Shown one piece after another: positions 30,100-43,476 of a stretch of 64,000 nucleotides of DNA (position 1 is the stretch's first letter; the number at the start of each line of letters is the position of its first letter). A program made the translations under genes and the position numbers. Source of the stretch: Lama guanicoe (taxonomy: Eukaryota). The DNA is taken from positions 2,852,001-2,916,000 of the forward strand of contig MU053881.1 in the NCBI GenBank assembly GCA_013239625.1, in the 5' to 3' direction. The notes below the pieces were generated by a model. The model was not told the DNA's origin, made no database searches, and was given only the letters and a program-made list of their open reading frames with translations.

Positions 30100-30462
30100 A
30101 TTGCTATAGAAACAGTAAGACATCCCCCACTTCCGACTAACCTGAGTGCCAGCTGGTCCTTTACCAATGACGGCTTTAGCCTTGTTTTAATCCATCTTCC
30201 TAGAGAAAAATTACTAAAATGCCCAGCCACTAAATTGCCCTAATTTCTTGACAACCTTCAGTCCATAACTGGTCTCCACTCCTTTAACTTTTCTGGAATA
30301 ATCCAGCACAAGTCCAAACCCCACAGGAAGCCCCTTCTAGTCTTGGTGAGGCCCCTGTTGTTCCTCTGGAGAACTTTCTGCCCTGTAGTAGCAGGGTAAA
30401 TAAACCTAACATTTTTACTATGAGTATGTTCCGGAAGACCTTTGGTCAGTGAGTTTTAAAAC
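30100..30462 (+). mobile_element. Probable old solo LTR, family undetermined
   Basis: About 360 bp bounded by TG...CA, with AATAAA near the 3' end, interrupting old L1-like sequence. Confidence 0.45.
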
Positions 30463-33067
30463 AATCTTTTCAACTTCGGAGCTTTGAATTTCCTCCTCTT
30501 TAGGTTATTTCCCTAGTTCAGTGGATAGTTCTGAAATTTTCCCTTTTGTTTGAGAGTCAGTGCCATTGTTTACCTCCCCCATTCATTTCTAGAAGCTATC
30601 TGTGCTACTTCTCAGACGAAAGGGATAAAAGATAAGGATTCTCGTTCAGGTTGGGTCACTCCAGCTTTGATGGCATTAGCAAGAATTTTCAGGATCTTAT
30701 TAATTCACCAGGAAGGCTGCTGGGAGGTGAGACTGAAGGTAGGAGCTGAACTAAGCTGGACTTCTCCATTTGCTCCAGACAATTCTGGTTGTTTTCTTGG
30801 CCACCTGTCTTGTTTGGCTAATGCTGATGACGTGTGTCATTATTGCTTGTTTCATTAGCTATTGATGGAGAAGATTCATCATCTTAACTGTGAAGTCTGA
30901 TATATATATTAGATTTTGCTTTATATTTTATAAGCTCTAAGGTGAGATATATAAAAATCCAATACTTCTTTGTTAATTGTTCTTTTAATGATATGAAGTA
31001 TCACTATTTGTCCCCTTTAGTGCTTTTCATCTTGAATTCTACCATTTGTTACATTAATATTGTAACATACATAACAAAGTCTTTTGTTTGGTGTGCTGGG
31101 AAAATATTTTGATATTTCAACCCATGTGTTGTTATCCAGTATGTAACTCTTTTTCCATTCAGATGACTAGATGCTTAGTCATCCTTTGCCTTAAGGTAGA
31201 TTGTCACAATAGAACCAGGGCACAAAAGAGGCAAATCTTTGGCTAGTGAATTTCCAAGCTGAGGCTCCACTGTAGGACATTCTGAGCCAGTTTCTTCACC
31301 CTCACTCAGAGGAGAGAAACATCAAGTACCATATTCATGAATTTGAGGATTCAGTACTGTTGCAATGTCAGCTCTCTCCAAATCGACTTACAGAACCATC
31401 GCAACCCTAATCCCAGCAGCACTTTTTTTTAAAAGAATGACAAGCTGATTCAAATTAATTAGAAGAACAAAATAAAAACAAATAATTCAGAATAGCAAAA
31501 ATAATGTTGAAGAACAAAAAGTTGGAGGATACAGGGCTCTGCTACACACTGTTTAGTTCCACCACTCATTAGCTTTGCATCCTTAGATCAAATTTTCTCA
31601 GCCATCCTGGCCTTGGTGTCTTGATCAATAAAAAGTAGGTAATACTAGTACCTGCTTGTGTAGGATTTCTAAGAGGATTAACTGAGGTAATACATATACA
31701 GTGCTTAGAAAAGTGCTTGGAATATAGGGAGCCTTCACATGCATCATTGCTGTTGTCATTGTTTTTTCCTTGGCCAGTCGGAGGCGTGCAGGGACTGTAC
31801 CGGGGAGCCTCCAGAGAGGCTTGCCAGCCCTTAACATGCTGTCCTCTTTAGCATGCCCTTGTCCAGTGGTACAGGGGACACGCACGGGGGCACTGCTCTC
31901 AGAGTGCCAGCCAGGAGGTGGTACACAAGGCTTATTCTCGAGTCCCCTAAATTTCCTTGGCATTTCAGTGCCTTATCCCTCTGCCGTGACTTAGATGTGG
32001 GGAAGCTGGTGTGGGGCTTGAAGCTACTCTACTGCTTCTGATTTTCTTTATTTGGCTTCCACCTGTCTCCCTTCTGTGGGATTTTGTCATCTCGGGGTAG
32101 GAAGAAAACCCAGTTTTCCCTGTTTGCATGGCCTCAAAAATAATTTCTGTCTCTTACCTGCTGAACACTAAGAAGCGGCACCTCGTTCCCGGAATAGGAC
32201 ACTCATTAGCTTAAGATGCTAATTTTTAGAAACTGAATTAAAGGTTTACAAGCAATGATATGTGTAGATCTTATAAATTTTGACAAATGTATACCCTCTT
32301 GTAACCCCCCCAATAAAGATATCGGAGATTTCTGTCACCTCAGAGGGTCCCTTCGTCCCCAATACAGTCAGTCCTCAGCAACCCCACCCCCAGCAGGCAA
32401 CCACTGTTTTGATATTTATTGAAATTGGCAGTTTTAGCTCCCAGATAAGGCACTACTGAGGGAGCAGTAACCACCAACTAACGCTCTGAAGCAAGCCACA
32501 ACCAAACCACCACTGTCACCATGAGCCTTTCGTGGTTGTTTATTCTGGACCAGCCACTTCGAAAAGCACTTTATGTGTGTTATCTCGTTTAATTCATTTA
32601 ATCCCCACAAGCGCTCTGTGAGCCAAATCCTATTATCATCCTCATTTTCCAGTGAGGAAACTGAGGCTTTGAGAGATTAAATCACTGGCCAGATGTCTCT
32701 GGCTATTAAGCCCCAGAGCAGAAATAAGAACTTTGAAGGAACTTCAAGGCCAGTTCTCTATGAGGGGGACAGAGATCTGTAACTTCATGTTATTAAAAAC
32801 TCACCCATTTCTAGGTTAATAAACAATGTTATTTATATTTGTTTCAATGCTGACTTCTAAAAATTTCTCAGTATAATCTCTGTTCTTTAGCAGAGTGTAC
32901 TTTTCCAAGCTGTCAGCATGGTAAATCATGGTGATTCATGTTGGTGATTTCTCCAAAGCACATAAAAATGGTATCTTTTTTTTTTTTTACTAGCTGAAAA
33001 ATGCCCTATTTGACAGCTGTGTAAACTCAATACACAATTCCCCTGGTCTGCTTATTTTAAAATAATC

Positions 33068-33184
33068 TTTTTGTGCGGGGGGCAATTAGGTTTAATTAAT
33101 TAATTTTAATGGCAGTACTGGGGATTGAACCCAGGACCTCATGCATGCTAGGGATGCACTCTATCACTGAGCTATACCCTCCCC
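33068..33184 (-). mobile_element. tRNA-Ala-derived SINE (Vic-1 type)
   Basis: CAGTACTGGGGATTGAACCCAGGACCTCATGCATGCTAGGGATGCACTCTATCACTGAGCTATACCCTCCCC; same family as 23721-23838. Confidence 0.85.
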
Positions 33185-34929
33185 TTCACCTGCTAACTTT
33201 GAAATTATAAAATCCTGGACAGATTTTTTCAAACTGGAGATTGGGTAAGGATGGCATTGCTTCTGTTTTATGCATGTGGTCAGATTTTCTTAGTATTACA
33301 ACTATGGCACTATTTCAAATGTGTGTCACTTCTAATTCAAGCATAAAGTAACAGCCTCCTTTATGAAATGGGAATAGGAAAAAAATGATTGGAAAACAGC
33401 ACGGGGAAACTGACCAACTTTGCATCTTTAGCCAAATCTATGAACACTGAACATAGTTAGAAATCAATCCTGCCAGTGAATAGGTAGCAAAACCTGTACA
33501 TGGGCAGGACCCAGAGATTTTTCTGGATTGGACAGTCTCAAATCATATAAGGATAACATGCAGAAATAGCTTACAAGATTATTAGAGGGCAGAAAAACTG
33601 CAATTTCATGATATTAGAGAAAAATAATCCAAACTCTACTTATAAGATGTTGAACTTCCAGGTTTTCTTTTTTTTTTAAATGAGAGTTTATTGAATAAAA
33701 TGAAAAAGATTTTTATGGCATATTCACGTTGTGTGACACTATGCATCCATTAAAAACATGAAGTAGATCTGTATGTAATGACATGGAAAACTTCCAGGAT
33801 CTATTGTTATATGAAAAAAGTAAGGTGTGGAATAGTGTGTCCATTATGCTGCCATCTGTGTGTGCATGTGAGTGTGTGTGAGTGCATGGACACTCACACA
33901 TATATGCCTGTATAGTAAAAGGACTTCTTTGGAAGCTTCCAGAAAACTGGTAGCAATATTGTCTCTGGGGAAGACTGATGCACTGGGCACCAGGAAAGGA
34001 AGGGAGACTACTTTTACAGACTATGTTTCTGTTTTGCTTTAATTTATTTTGCCTATTAAGAAAAGCAAGAAACTTTGTATCATCTTAGCTTCAATGATTG
34101 GTTCATAGATGGTCTGTAAATCAGGCCAGTCAGAGTCAATGAAACATTTGTTGGAGCTGTTAGACAAGTATGCTTTTATTTATTTTTTTACTAGAGTTGG
34201 TGAGAGGATAGAATAGGATGGTAGCCTGGACTTGGTGGCAACCATCTTCTCCACCAGGAGTGGCAAAAACTGCTTGGCAATGAGAAGAATATGGAAGAAA
34301 GCAGAGAACAGAGATTAAGAGAACAAGACTATTTTCTGAGGATAGCATTTGAACGTGTGGATCCAATCATGCCTCACTGGTCCCATTCCTGGACTTTGTA
34401 ATTCTGTAAACTAATAAGTGCCCTTTTCTGATAAACCAGTTGTAAAGGGGTTTCTGTCACTTACAAATGAAAAAGTGCTGACAAATACAGATGGAATGCT
34501 GCCCTGACGTTGTATTACTATGTGACTTTTACATAAGATCAGAACATTGCTTAAGCCTTTCTGAATTTCCTGTATCTTTTTCATTAAAAAGATACTTTTT
34601 TACTTTGAAAAACTTAAACTTGTAAGAATAGTGCCACAACTTGCAAGAGTGGATCAATGAACTCTCACCTCGAGTTATCAACTAATATTTTGAAAACTAT
34701 TAATTGCCTCATTGACTGATTTCATTTTTATTATTTTTGCTGAGGCATTTGATAATTAGCCATAGACATTATGACTGTTCACTCCTAGATGTTTCAGTGT
34801 GTTTGTCCTAAAAGTATTCTCTTATATAGCTACATTATAACAATCAAATTCAGGAAAATTAACATTGATACAATATTATCATCTAGTATGTAATTCATAT
34901 TCAAATTTCACTCATTGTTTTAATGCCCT

Positions 34930-36240
34930 TTTTAAAAGTTGAAATGTAATTCAAAGACTATAAAATTCACCCTTTTCAAGTGTACAATTCAGCAACTCTT
35001 AGGTATATTCACAGAATAGCGCAAACATCACCACAATCTAATTTCAGAACATTTCATCACCCCAAAAAGAAACCCTAAACCCATTAGTAGTCATTCCCTG
35101 CTTCCATCTCTCCCCTAGCCTCTGACCACCACTAATATATTTCCTCTCTCTATGAATTTTGTCAATTCTGAACATTTGATATAAATGGAATCACACAAAA
35201 TGCAATTGAGAGAGAGGGAGGGGAGGGGAGGGGAAGGGGGAGAACGAGAGGGAGCGAGCTAGTAAGTGCCCTTTTCTGATGAACCTTTCTTTGTCTATTC
35301 CTCAATGATGGACATTTGGGTTGTTTCTACTCTATTTCTTCTTGGGTCAGTTTCTGCAGTTTTTGTCTTTCTAGGAATTTGATCATCGAGGTTATCTAAT
35401 TCGTTGAAATACATAGTATTCCCTTCTAATTCTTGGCATTTCTGTAAAGTCAACAGTAATGTCTTCCCTTGCACACCTGATGTTAGCAATTTAGCCTTTT
35501 TCTTTTTTCCTTGATCCGTATAGCTGAAGACTTGTCAATTTTGTCGGTCTTTTCAAAGAAACAACTTTTGGTCTTTGTGACTTGCTCTATTGCTTTTCTC
35601 TTCTTTATTTCTACTTTAATTATGATTTACCTCCTTCTGTTGCTTTGGGCCTAGTTTGCTCTTATTTTTTCTAGTATTTTAAGGTGGAGAGTTAGGTCAT
35701 TGATTTGTGCTCTGTCTTCTTTTTGAATACATGTAGTTATAGCTATAAATTTCTCTTGAAGCAGTACGTTAGCTGCATCTCATAGATCTTGGCATGTTAT
35801 ATTTTCATTTTCATTTATATCAAAGTATTTTCCAATTGCCCTTGTGATTTCTTCTTTGACCCACTGATTTTTCTCAGGAGTGTATTGTTTAATTTCCATA
35901 TATTTGTGATTCCCCAATTTTCTTTTGTTAGTAATTTCTAATTTCATTCCATTATAGTCAGAGAACCTACTTTGTATGATTTCAGTCCTTTTAAATGTAT
36001 TGAGACTTGTTTTATGGTCTAACATATGGTTTATCCTGGAGAATGTTCTATGTGCACTTGAGAAAACGTGTATTCTGCTGTTGCTGCATGGAGTGTTCTA
36101 TAAATCTGTTAGATCTATTAGCTAATAGTATTGTTCAAGCCATCTATTCCTCTGTTTATATTCCATAAAGTTATCCAACCTGTTATTCAAAGTGGTGCAT
36201 CGAAGTCTCCAACTATTATTGTTGCGTTATATCTCTCGTC
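34930..36240 (-). mobile_element. Fragmented old LINE-1 (3' UTR piece plus ORF2 endonuclease-adjacent piece)
   Basis: Minus ORF 35780-36025 (LDHKTSLNTFKRTEIIQSRFSDYNGMKLEI...QWVKEEITRAIGKYFDINENEN) is L1 ORF2-like. Confidence 0.85.
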
Positions 36241-36874
36241 CATTATTTCAGTTTTTACATTATGTATTTGGCTGATAATGCCCTTTTGTAATGAACTTAT
36301 CTTTAAATTTATTATATTTAGCAGACTGATGTTATTGTAAGCTTACATTGTTCTTACTTTTTCAACAATCCTTTCATCAACAAAATGATGAGGATAGTAG
36401 ATGGTAGCAGTTTATATTTTTCAAATGTCCTTACTTGGCGAAAAGGAAGTTAATTGTATAATTTGTTCTTTTCCCTTGAAGGTGAGGGGCATCTTAAGTG
36501 TCAGTAGATGGACTGCCTGAGCATCTTTTCCAGTAGCAGGAAATTGTGGACGACCTATCTCCCCAGCCTGAGGGAGGCCCCTCTTTTGAGACTAGTGATA
36601 TAAAGTCGCTGCAGGCTGATTGGCTGGCTTCAACATCAGGCTCTGGTTAAGGACCTCTTGAAATTCTATCCCACGGCTTTGAGAGAGTGGTTTTGTTAGT
36701 GCCTCTAACCTTTCCTTAGGAGCGGTTTTTGGGTACATCAAAATTCAGTTGGCATCGGTAGGGAAAGGCAGGGATGAGTTTGCAGTTTTTAAAATCTAAT
36801 TTTAATTTTAAAATTAACAAATACTTATATATAAAAATCTAAATGGAATATATAATATGTAAATATATGTATAT

Positions 36875-39800
36875 AATTTTGAGAATTGAGCATTTAGCAA
36901 AAGTGACCCAATTCTAGGAGGTCTAAAATTATGTTATGACAGGGAGATTTTTTGCATTTTTTTTAACCCATAAATAGAATTTAAAGATTGCTATAATTTT
37001 CCCCACCCCACTGCCTTCTGCTGAGGCGTATTTCACTTATTCCGCCATCACTGCCATCATGGTGGCCCCCCATCCCCATCCCACCGAGGGCACTGTGGCT
37101 GAGGTGATGGTTTGGGAGCGGCTGAGGCCCAGGCAGCCGGGTGCCAGCCTCGGGCAGAGGCAGCTCTGCACATGCTCAGACTGCCCCTCCAGTCCCCAAG
37201 ATTACTATAATTCTATGATTCACGTTGTAACCAAGAATCCTGTGAAATGCTCAAGATATGAAATGCAGTCCATGGGCTCCAGCAAGCCTTAAAAGTCATC
37301 AGCTATTTACATGTATGGGTATGGACACCTGGCCTCATGCTAGAAAGGATTTGTGGTGGCATGTGACAAACACTGAGAAAAGTAGTAAAATATAAATACG
37401 GGTAGATAATCAAGATAGGACCAATATAAATTAGAATAGAAAGTCAGGGTAGGCAGAGAAACTGAAGAGAAATATGCAAAGAGTAAGGACCTAATTGAAT
37501 GACTGAACGAAACATTTGGCTCTGAGCTCCCTTGGCAAAGTGAAGAGGGGGATAAGTTAACTCGAAAGACACGGACCAGCTCCTTAGAGAAAGCAAAGCT
37601 TTTGTTAGCTCTTACCTCCAAAAGGAATGGCTCAGGTAGGAGGTTGTTATATCTGAACAATATCATTTTTTAAAGTATTTTGGCATAAAAAAAGAAGACA
37701 AAACCAAAGCATTCATAAGAGAAGCTTGTAAAAAGTTTGAAAAGGCAAGTAAACAAAAGGAAAACAAAAAATCACCCCTAATCATAGCAATAAGAGATAA
37801 CGACTACACTTTGGTGTATATCTTTTCAGGACTTTTCCTGTACTCATATTTGCAGATAAATATATATTAGTTTGTTTTATCTTCATAAAAGTCGTTTGAG
37901 GGATAGACAAAGCGGGTATGACAAGATCAGTCATGCAAAGCACTCAGTACAGTCGTAAGCAATATTGTAGGCAAAATGTAAGCAAAAAAACCAGTAAGCG
38001 TTAATAGACCATTTTCTTTTATTAGATATGCCTTCTGTGCCTGGTACTGTAATAAACACTCTATATAAGCTGTTACCCAGTTGTCACAACAGATCTCTCT
38101 CAAACTGGGTTGTTACTATCATTTTATGGCTGCAGGGAAAATTAAGTAACTCAACGTTACTCAGTGACAGTATTCAGATCCAGATTTGTCTAAAAGGCTA
38201 TATGCCTTCAGTTGCGACGGGCTACTCTGACTCCCCGAGTCTTGCCATGCTTGCTCTACAGGTGAGTAAACTGTGGCTCTGAGAAGCTGAAGATTGGCCG
38301 AGGTTAGCGAGAGATGGAGTCAGGTGTTCAGTCTCAGAGAGCTGACCTGCGCCTTCTCCAAGAACAGCCGCCCTCCCCAGCTTCTCTGAAAAATGTTGCA
38401 GACCAGCTTGCTATCACTTAATGTCGGCAGGAATATTGCTGTTCAGATGCCTGGGGAGCACTTACTCTCAAGGTTTTCTGTGAAAGGTCAGTGAGGGTAA
38501 ACATGGGTGTATTTGCCAGTATCCGGCATTCCAATGGCGGCTGTCACTCCATTTCTGGGACTATCCCCTTGGCACTGTGACCAGACGCAAAGGGTTTGGT
38601 CCAGGCATTATCGGACCTATTAACACCCCCTCCCCATCAATAGGGATTCTTTCATTGTCTCCTCTAGATGTGTGCAAAGCAAAAATAGCAAACGTTGCCA
38701 CTTTTCAATTAAACATGAAGGGATTCATTACATTTAACTAAAAGAGCAATCATAGCAACGGGAACATTATTAACACACATCAGTGAAGAAAGCCCCAGCT
38801 TGTGGCAGCCTCGGCTGACTGGCAAGGTCATGCTCCACCACCTTCTTTCCTTGGCTACACGGTCCATGATGGCTTGCTGTCCCACCCAAGAGAGCAGCTA
38901 ACAAAAAGAGCCTTGAGCTTGGGGCTCTCCCAGTGACCCAGAACACAGACTTGGTTAGTTCTTTAGTTTCTCCAGTCACACCTGGCCATTTATTGACTGG
39001 TCAGTCCGGACATATCACACAGTTTCTCCCCTAAATACCAGTAAGTTAGGAGGGCTGATGGGGCCAGAAAGGAGCGAGACCTGAGCTGGCATGGAAAGCT
39101 GGGGAAAGGCTGTACCGACGCCATGTGGCTGTGTTGACTGGCATCACTACAAGTTACGGTTACAGTGTCCCCCAAAGGGCAGAAGCTGTCTGATGCAGCC
39201 TGTTCCCTTTTGTGTTCTTTTTGTTCCTAGTCCTTTGCTGGCTCCCAGAGTGCCTTTGTAGCTTTAGATCAGGGAAGGATGAACCTGTTTATCGCGCCAA
39301 ATATTAATCGTGAGACAAATGTGTGTGCCTTGTGGCTTGCTTCCCTCACCCTAACCTGTGTGGGGATAAGGCGGTGCAGCTGAGGTCCTGGCAGGGGGCC
39401 TCCTGTGGGCGAACGGGAGGCTATAGCAGGGAGTTCTGGCCAGAGCAGTTCTAACCAGCAGGCCAGAAGCAACTAGTTCCAAGGAGCAGGATCAGCTGAA
39501 AGCAGGCTGCCCTCTCCGCGGCAGGGGACTGAAGTGTGGAGCATCAGAAGAGGAACCAGGAGCCAGTGAATTCTGGGAGTCCCTAGAGGAGGGTGTCTGT
39601 ATGTGTGTGTGAGTGTGTGTGTACGTGTGTCTGTGAGTGTGACGAGCTGGTGGGGGTGTGATGTGTGGGTGGGCTCAGTTGAGAATGACCAGGAATGGGG
39701 CAGATACACCCATAAGCCCTTTTCAAAGGTGGTAAGGATTTAGTCAGAAAGGGGACCGTGCAACGTTTCCCTGGCTGGCAGGAGGAAAGCCCACAGGTGG

Positions 39801-40395
39801 AAAGGAGAGGTAAGCCCTGTCTTTGGAAGGAGGAGAGCCTGCGTGTGGACGTGCGCCACACGCTCAGACATCCCACGTGTGGGTGACATGCCGCCCTCCT
39901 CCCTCCCTCCGACACTGTGGTGCAGTGGAAATGAGGCGGCCTCACACTTGAGCAGCAGAAAGGGATATGAACCCCGACTCCAGCAGGGACTGACCTGAAC
40001 CCAGGTTCCTCACCCACGAAGTGGGGGTGATGGATCCCCTTCTCCTTGGGGTGTTGGGAGGATTAAACACCATGAAGGGTGTCTGGCACGGCCCCGGGTG
40101 CACGGGAGAGGCTTCACACACCCCTTCCCCGTGACGGGGAGCAGCTTCTAAGGAGAATAGGGCCTGCCCGCAGAGACAGGCCACCAGCCCGTCAGCTTTC
40201 TGGGCTCTAAATGCCAGAGCTGAGCGAGCCGCGTTCATCACTCCTGGCGTGGGTGCGTGCAGGGAGGGGACTCACCGCCTGGGCGGGGTGGGAGGTCCGG
40301 AGGAGAAACGTTAGATCCGCTCTCCGTTGCAGTCTGTTTGGGCCCATGAGGGATATGTGTGCCTGTGAACAAGTGCAGCCCAAGTCAGGAGTGTG
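36875..40395 (+). repeat. Local segmental duplication, left copy
   Basis: Collinear anchors shared with 57235-60347, e.g. TAATTTTGAGAA(T/C)TGAGCATTT, AAATAGAATTTAAAG, GAGAAAAGTAGTAAAA, GACCTAATTG.ATGACTGAAC, TTAGCTCTTACCTCC, then a near-identical 39654-40395 block. Confidence 0.9.
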
Positions 40396-42564
40396 TTGCT
40401 CAAAGCCACTAGGTTGCGGTAACTTGTCACAGCAGCAGTAGGAGACTAACACACATGCCATACAGTTCAGTGGATTTTCGTATATTCACAAAGTTGTACA
40501 ACCATTGCCAAAATCAACTTTAGGATATTTTATCACCCTCTCCCTCAAAAAAGCTTGTACCCACCAGTGGCCACTCCTCTTTTCTGCTTACAGTTATTCA
40601 CGTGGCTTTGGGTAAGTTTCCTGACTTGTGTGAACCTCAGTTTCCTCATCTGTAAATGGGATGCTCCCCAATTCCAAAGGATGCTGTAAGAGTTCAGTGA
40701 GACAATGTGTGTAAGCACTTAGCACAGTGCCTGCAGCCAGCATCCAGCAGGCTGTTTTTTTTTTTAAATTTTAAAATTTTATAAATACCAGTGAGGAGGC
40801 TGTTGTGGAAGTGCCAGGGAGAGCAGAAGGAGAGGCTGGATGAGGCCAGTGGCTGCAGGTAGAGAGCAGGGGATCTGGTTTCTCTCAGATGCTCCAAGCC
40901 CTGTGATCCTCCCTCATTGGAGAACAGTTTCACCTTTCCTTGGTGCTTGGAATTGTGAAAATCTGCCTGCTGGTCCCTGTCTGGCCACTAGAGGACAGTG
41001 GCGGCACAGCAGCATATGGAGGCTGCCTGCCAGGAGGGTTGGCGCTGGTCTGTGCATTTAGCCTTCGCTCCTGTTTTGGAGTTTAATTGTGTATTTGCAT
41101 TGGACTATCCCCTCCCTCCTTGCTCTGTGTACTTGTTGACATTTTTTCCCCCCAAACGCTTCACATCCCAGGGCACCTCTGAGTTCCTGTTCCATCTGTG
41201 GCCTGGGATTAGTCATGGCTAAATCTCTTAACTTTCTGACAGCTGTGTTTATTTCTCAACGACACAAGTGGTTGCAGAACATGGGGGCCTGGGCCCTGCA
41301 GCTCAGCAGAGCCCAGGATGAACCACAGTTGCTCTTCTGCCAGCTCAAAACTTGTGCCTCTTCCGCCTTGCATTCGTTCCCCGCTCTCCAGGGCATATCA
41401 CTTCACCCAAATCACATGGATTGATGAGGTGGGTGGTGGGTGTGATTCCTCAGAGACATTCAGATGAGGTCACTAGAGGAAGGAAGAATGGATGTTTAGG
41501 CAAAATGCACAGACGTCCACTACAACAACCACGTGGGAGCAGAATAACCCACCAGTGAAGAGCCCTGGCTTGGGGCTCCAGTTCCACCATTTACAAGTTG
41601 TGTGGCCATGGCTGGGTCACGTCACCAGTCAGTCTGAGTCTCAGTGTCCCCATCTACAAAATGGGAGTGATGGTCCGGCACTGTGGGCTTGAGTCAGTGT
41701 GAAAGCACATGACAGAGGCACCAAGTGTCACTGCAATTTGATGTGGCATGAAGTCTGAAGTCTCTAATCCAAACAAACCAACCTCTGGGTATTTAATCAA
41801 AGGAAATGGAAACACTAACTCTGTACCGCCATGTTTATTGCAGTGTTATTTATAACAGCCAGGATTTGGAAGCAACCTCCTGTGCTATACAGAGCTAGCT
41901 TTTCACCACTATGTGTGACGTTAACCGTACGTATCCTTAGAACCCCTTTGTCAGGTTCCGAAGTTCCCGTCAATTCCCAGTTTGCCGGAAGTTTTTATTA
42001 GGAATGAATTTGGGATTTTGTTAAATGATTTTACTGTGTTTATTGAGGGATTTTTTATCTCATTTGAAAAGAAATGTAATGCTAATGACAGGCTTTGAGA
42101 AGTGATGTGACATGATCTTTCATAAGTTTTAATAAATTTTCTGAAAATGCTGCATGGAGGAGAATTGAAGGCGGGCAAGCATGGAAGCTGGGGGATCGGT
42201 AAGGAGGCCATTGCATTCATCCTGGATAGAGGTGATGGTGACCTGGACCCAGAAGGTGGCTGTGGGCTGAAGAGCAGTGGACAGTTTCAGTCCATTTTGG
42301 AGGTAGAATCATCAGGGTTTGCCAGTGAAACGGGTAGAAGGTGGATATTTGAGGGAAAGTGTCAAGTGGAGAAAGACAACTCCTAGGACTGTGGCTTGAG
42401 CACCCAGCTTGATGCTGGTGCCACTATATATTTATATACGTATATATATACATATATATATATTCTTTTTTAAGGAATGCACAATTTTATTGAAGTGAAT
42501 ATCATATAGGATTAGAGATTAGTATTATTTAGAAAACAAAGGATAGTGGGATTTATTTAAAAAT

Positions 42565-43023
42565 TTTTCTTTACTGAAGTATAGTCAGTTTACAATGTTG
42601 TGTTAGTATATGGTGCACAGCATAGTGATTCAGTTATACATACATATATTCCTTTTCATATTTTTTCATTACAGACTATTACAAGGTATTAAATATAGTT
42701 CTCTGTGCTCTACAGTAGGACCTTGTTGTTTATCTATTTTATCTACAGTAATTAGTATCTGCAGATCTTGAACTCCTAATTTATCCCCCCTGCATTGCCC
42801 CCCGGTAATCATAAGTTTATTTTCTATGTCAGTGAGTCTGTTTCTGTTTTGTAAATAAGTTCATCTGTGTCATTTTAAAGATTCCTCATACAAGTGATAA
42901 TCATATGCTATTTTTCTTTCTCTTTCTGGCTTATTTCACTTAGTATGACGATCTCCAGGTCCATCCACCTTGCTGCAAATGGCACCATTTTATTCTTTTT
43001 TGTGGCTTGGCTGAGTAGTGTTC

Positions 43024-43112
<89 letters not shown>

Positions 43113-43124
43113 TCTCACATTTTC

Positions 43125-43161
<37 letters not shown>

Positions 43162-43476
43162 TGTGTGTGTGTCTCTCACAACTTCTTTATTCAGTTTTCT
43201 GTCAGTGGACATATAGGCTGCTTTCATGTCTTGGCTATTGTAAATAGTGCTGCTGTGAACAGTGGGGTGCATGTATCTTTTCGAACTCGGGTTTCCTCCA
43301 GGCATATGCCCAGGAGTGGGACTGCTGCATCATAGGGTAAACCTATTTTCAGTTTTTTAAGGTATCTCCATACTGTTTGCCATAGTGGCTGCACCAAACT
43401 GCATTCCCACCAGCAGTGTAGGAGGGTTCCCTGTTCTCCACACCCTCTCCAGCATTTGTCATTTGTGGACTTTTTA
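42565..43476 (-). mobile_element. LINE-1 3' end containing a compound (TG)n microsatellite at 43026-43170
   Basis: Minus ORF 43224-43502 ([43 protein letters not shown]...[12 protein letters not shown]) is the L1 ORF2 C-terminus. Confidence 0.92.

Noticed and set aside
27300..33670. Unmasked-looking stretches with exon-like splice signals (~28270-28680, 31150-31330, 32890-32975, 33300-33660), considered as a decayed gene
   Set aside because: The frames I translated contain stops and I recognise no protein family; a TBLASTX against non-mammalian vertebrates would be needed before claiming a pseudogene.
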